Shown here: piece by piece, positions 58,881 to 64,000 of the stretch
Numbering within the stretch: the first letter of the stretch is position 1
Layout: each line of letters begins with the position of its first letter
Assembly: GCF_009914755.1 (NCBI RefSeq)
Contig: NC_060927.1
Origin: the human T2T-CHM13v2.0 reference genome, Homo sapiens
Direction: 5' to 3' (one strand)
DNA: 64,000 nucleotides
Notes under the pieces: model-generated
Databases searched by the model: none
What the model was told of the DNA's origin: nothing
The model's input: only the letters and a program-made list of their open reading frames with translations
Made by a program: the position numbers and the translations under genes

Positions 58881-59263
58881 GATGTAAAAGATAATATCTA
58901 TTTTATCATTACCAAATGATAAACTTTGATCAAAACTTCAAAATAGACTTTAAATTAAAATATTCAAAGTAAAATGTTCTAAACAAACAACAGCAGTCAT
59001 TTTGCCAACAAAACTTGTTATGGATCAAGCAATTAAAAGGAATAGTCTGGGTCAGAACTGATATTTTGCTTACAACATTGTCTATGCTGTTTGTCTACAC
59101 ATAAAAACGCATCTGTACGGTTTCTTAAATAGCCACTTCACTGAGACAAGTGAGTCCTTCCCTTCCTGACTCACTCCCAGACTACCAAGCAATTCAGCAC
59201 CCAGATGTTAATGCCTGGCACAGTTTGGAGCCTCCAGAACCTTACTGATTGATCACTGCCATT

Positions 59264-59557
59264 TTTTTTCTTTAACACAGAGTCTCACTCTGTTGCCCAG
59301 GCTGGAGGCACGATCTCGGTGGCTCACTGCAACCTCTGCCTCCCAGTTTCAAGCGATTGTCCTGCCTCAGCCTCCCAAGCAGCTGGGACTATAGGTGTGC
59401 ACCACCATGCCTGGTTAATTTTCTTTTTTGTGCCTTTAGTAGAAACAGGGTTTCGCCATGTTGGCCAGGCTGGTCTCAAACTCCTGAGCTCAGGCCATCT
59501 TCTCGCCTTGGCCTCCCAAAGTGCTAGGATTACTGGCATGAGCCACCATGCCTGGCC
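59264..59557 (-). mobile_element. AluS/J
   Basis: Full Alu; TSD cactgccatt 59254-59263 / 59560-59569. Confidence 0.92.
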
Positions 59558-60294
59558 CCCACTGCCATTGGTTTTAAACAGCAAGGCATAATAGGAACAA
59601 GAACCTCTCTGGCCCAAGACTTGTCAGACTCCTCCATCAGGAGGCATGTGGAGAGACAGAATTAGGATTACATGTGATTAAAGAAGGGAATGGGCATGCT
59701 TGTGTGTGCACTTTCCAATAATGGCAGCTTTCTGCCATGGAGTGATTTCCAGGTGCTGTGAAATTTTGAAGTTTTCAAAACACTTGGCTTAGTTAGTTTA
59801 TTTAGACTAGAAATAAATCTGAAATGGAAACTTCACCATTAATTGAAGTGCACCTGGTTCCAGAGTACTCCACCTTAAGCAAGCAGAAGTGGTGACAGCC
59901 AGATTAGGGTTGAGGGAATTGGGAAGCCTGCATATCAAAGACTCAATTAGACAAACACATCAATGACATTTTGAAAGTTGTCTCATATCAAAACATATGA
60001 CATCATAATAAATGCACAAGACTTTATCACCACCATACGTTTTCCTATATTCATTGGCTTTCAAGATGTTCAAAGACAGCCTTAAAACAGATATGCAGCG
60101 GAATGTCTTAGTCAAATCTTTGACACATTTTTTTTTTGCATGACCCTGTTGGCTAAGTTCTTCATGTGTAAACTACTCTAAATTTAATCATGTTTCCCAT
60201 TTAGTCTTTAGAGAAACAATTGGTGTATTTCATAAAAAGCACCCTACCTTTGAAGCTAATGATCTAAAAATCCTTATCCCATTCTCTTTCTTTT

Positions 60295-61060
60295 CTCACT
60301 CATTTATTCAACTATTTTAGTACCTATACCAGGCACCTGAGTAGGTACCAAGGCTACAATATGAACAAAATGTAATTATTGTCCTCATGACACAAATAAT
60401 ATGAGGGGCAAATACAGGTTTCCAGAAGGTATAAGAGTGGATTGTTTGAACCACAGAATAATATAGGGAGAAGGAAAGCAGGAAAGAAGAACTTAACATA
60501 AGAAACTGCTTTGCATGGTGGAGGAAGAGGGGGCTGTGTGGCTGGAACAGAGTGAGTAAGGAGGAGGGAAGGACACAGAAGCCATCACATTGGTGACCTT
60601 GTCAAAGATTTAAAGTTTACATTAAGAATAATAGAAAAGATTTGAAGGGTTACAAGTTAGGTGTGGTATGAGCAGATGTGATTTTTAAGAAGATCTATTT
60701 GGCTATGATGTGGAGAATGGATTGGAGAGGACTAACATGGGAGGCACCAAACTATTTCCATATTTCAGGCCAGACATGATGGTGGTTTGCATTAAAATGA
60801 TGATAGTGAACATGAAAAAATGGGGGCAGATGTGATATCCATTCAGAATGTAAAATCATCAAGATAATTTGGTGGTGAAGTGAAGATGAGGGATGAGATA
60901 GAGGGGAATATCAAGGATATGAATGGTGGTTTACATACTCCAAGCACAGGGACGAGGAAGATTATGAGTTCATTTTCAGTTTAAGATTCCTCTGGTCATC
61001 TAAAAGAAGGTATCAGAGAAATTCAGGTCTTTCTCTCTATAAGTCTGAAGTTCAGAAAAA
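60295..61060 (-). mobile_element. L2 3' region
   Basis: cactcatttattcaac..tagtacctataccaggcac..gtgtggctggaacagagtgagtaagg..ggagaatggattggag. Confidence 0.8.
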
Positions 61061-62014
61061 TTGACACAACTTTTAATCATGTTGAGCATTAATATCTGTA
61101 AAGGCCACACAGTACTATGGTTATATTAGGCTTTGAAATCAAAGACCAGGGTCGGGGAGGACCAAAAAGACAATAAATCCCCCAAGAAAGGCTGAGCTTT
61201 TGAACTAGCCCTGAGAATTTTTTTTTTCTTTAATGGTTTTCTGGTTCTAATCCATGAGTATTCACATACTGACATTATAGTTGTCGTGGTCTTTATCTTG
61301 AAACCGAAAGAAGTAAACATAATAGATTTTCATTTGGCTCTGCCCAGATGACTAACCAGAGACTAGATAAGGAGACTAAACTGAAAGGAATCAATAATCA
61401 AAACAAATAGCAGCTAAGTTTTACTCTGAAGACCTCCTCATACATTATATTTTGTTTTTTAAATCTAATTATGTGGCACCCTAGTTAATGATTTCTATTG
61501 ATTAACCCTATGAAATATAATTCTGATTTTAGCAACAATCAGCTCTATAACAATGTCATATCCTAATGTGTTTGCTCAGAAGGTGTCGTCAGCAGAGCCA
61601 GTGAGTCGTATCTACAAAACCCACGTTTTTATGACAGTTTGAAGCTATCAGCAAAATTCTCAGAATATCATCTAGGTACCAGAGAGAATCCATTTCATGC
61701 TAAGAAAATTGTTACTTTTAAAATATTTTTATATGGGCCTTGCTTTTCCCTCTACTAGCTTGGGAGATATTCCCTTACTTTTTCCTGTACTAGCTTGGGA
61801 GTTATTTTCTCCTTCAGCCAAAGGAAGTATAGCTTCATAGCAAAGTCATATTTGGAAAAGAATATTTTAATGTAAATTGCTAAACTGGCCATGATTAACA
61901 AAACATGTTTCTATAATATGGAAGATAATACTCCTTATATTTTAAGCCCTGATTGGAAGAACTCATTCTGCCTTATCACTTATAAGACCTACACTTAATA
62001 GAGAACTTACCATA

Positions 62015-64000
62015 TGTATTTGTTCGTTCTCACACTGCTAATAAAGACATACTCAAGACTGGATAATTTATAAAGGAAAGAGGTTTAATTGACCCGCAGT
62101 TCAGCATGGCTGGGGAGGTCTCAGGAAACTTACAATCGTGGCAGAAGGGGAAGCAAACATATCCTTCCTCACATGGTGTCAGGAAGGAGAAGTGCCAAGC
62201 AAAAGGGAGAAAAGCCCCTTATAAAACCATCAGATCTTGTGAGAACTCACTCACTATCATGAGAACAGCAACATGGGGGTAACCACCCCATGATTCAATT
62301 ACCTCCCACCAGGTCCCTCTCATGACATGTGAAGATTATGAGAACTATAATTGAAGAAGAGATTTGGGTGGGGACACAGCCATACCATATCATTCAACCC
62401 CTGGCCCCTCCCAAATCTCATGTCCTCACATTTCAAGACCCAATAATGCCTTCCCAACAGACTCCTAAAGTCTTACCTCATTCCAGCATTAACTCAAAAG
62501 TCCAAGTCCAAGGTCTCATCTGAGACAAGGCAAGTCCCTTCCACCTATGAGCCTGCCAAATCAAAAGCAAGTTAGTTACTTCCTAGATACAATGGGGGTA
62601 CAGGCATTGGGTAAATACACCCACTCTTAATGGGAGAAATTGGCCAAAACAAAGGAGCTTCAGGCCCCATGCAAGTCCAAACTCCAATAGGGCAGTCATT
62701 AAACCTTAAAGTTCCAAAATGATCTCCTTTGACTCCATGTCTTACATCCAGGTCAGGCTAATGCAAGACGTGGACTCTGATGGCCTTGGGCAGCTCTGTC
62801 CCTATGGCTTGGCAGGGTACAACCCCTTCTGTCTGGTTTCACGGCTGGTGTCGAATGTCTGTGACTTTTCCGGGCGCACGGTGCAAGCTATCAGTGGAGC
62901 TACTATTCTTGGAACTGGAGGACAGTGGTCCTCTTCTCACAGCTCCACTAGACAGTGCCCCAGTGGGGACTCTATTTGGAGGCTCTGACCCCACGTTTCC
63001 CTTCTGCATTGCCTTAGCAGAGATTCTCCATGAGGGCTCTGCCCCTGTAGCAAATTCTGCCTGGACCTCCAGGCATTTCTATACATCCTCTGAAATCTAG
63101 GTGGATATTCCCAAACCTCAATTCTTGACTTCTATGCACCCGCAGGCTCAACACCATGTGGAAGCTGCTAAGGCTTGGGGCTTTCACCCTCTGAAGCCAT
63201 AGCCTGGACTGTACCTTGTCCCCCTTTAGCCATGGCTGGAGCAGCTAGGATGTAGGACACCAAGACACTAGGCTGCACACAGCAGTGGGAGCTCTGGGTC
63301 TGGCCCATGAAACTGGTCCTTCCTCCTAAACCTCCAGGCCTGTGATGTCAGGGGCTGCTGGGAAGCTCTCTGACATGCCCTGGAGACATATTCCCCATTG
63401 TCCTGGCAATTAACATTGGGCTCCTCATTATTTATGTAAATTTCTGCAGCAGGCTTGAGTTTCTCCCCAGAAAATGTGTTTTTCTTTTCTATCACGTTGT
63501 CAGGCTACAAATTTTCCAAACTTTTATGCTCTGTTTCCTCTTGAACACTATGCTGCTTAGAAATTTCTTCCTCTACATACATTAAATCATCTCTCTCAAG
63601 TTCAAAGTTCCACAGATTTCTAGAGCAGGGGCAAAATGGCACCAGTCTCTTTGCATAGAAAGAGTGACCTTTAATCCAGTTCCCAACAAGTTCCTCATCT
63701 ACATCTGAGACATCTAAGCCTGGAATTTATTGTTCATACTACTATCAGCATTTTGGTCAAAGCTATTCAACAAGTCTCTAGGAAGTACCAAAGTTTCCAC
63801 ATCTCAGACTTCTGAAACCCCCAAGTCTTTAGGAAGTTCCAAAATCTCCCACATTTTTCCTATCTTCTTCTAAGTCCTGCAAACTGTTCCAACCTCTGCC
63901 TGTTTCCAATTCCAAAGTCAGTTCGACATTTTCAGGTATCTTTACAGCAGCATCCCACTACCTGGTTTACTGTATTAAGTCCATTCTCATACTGCTAATA
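62015..64000 (-). mobile_element. THE1D MaLR provirus: 3' LTR 62015-62392, internal region 62393-63970, 5' LTR from 63971 (cut by the window edge)
   Basis: LTR tgtatt..cactgctaataaagacatac..ccatatca; polypurine tract (ttcaacccctggcccctccc on +); ~1.58-kb THE1-int; second LTR start tgtattaagtccattctcatactgctaata. Confidence 0.93.

Noticed and set aside
63770-63855. Duplicated aagtctctaggaagt..ccacat motif in THE1-int
   Set aside because: I recall it as a feature of the MaLR internal consensus rather than locus-specific; not verified by search.

Overview
AT-rich, CpG-depleted primate genomic DNA, very probably human because it carries near-consensus AluYc1 and AluYa4/5 copies. It is intronic or intergenic. 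I find no supportable host protein-coding exon, RNA gene, CpG island or CRISPR array. Most longer ORFs in the track map onto repeats (Tigger1 transposase, L1 ORF2, Alu, L2, THE1-int) and the rest look like chance ORFs. A large fraction of the window is recognisable interspersed repeat: a full-length Tigger1, a nested MLT1C>MER9>L1PA4 stack, a THE1D provirus running off the right edge, 13 Alus, and many old L1M, L2, MIR, hAT and LTR fragments. I did not find a new multi-gene biological system. The most interesting signals are mechanistic footprints: an 87-bp twin-primed L1 micro-insertion, an L1 with an intact 5' end and TSDs but a ~2.4-kb internal deletion, a 269-bp local templated duplication dropped into a MER5, an antisense AluJ with a consensus exonisation signature plus a template-switch hairpin, two very young and possibly polymorphic Alus, and three THE1 LTRs with intact DUX4 motifs. 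Repeat family names are from recalled consensus sequences, not from a database search, and boundaries of old elements are approximate.
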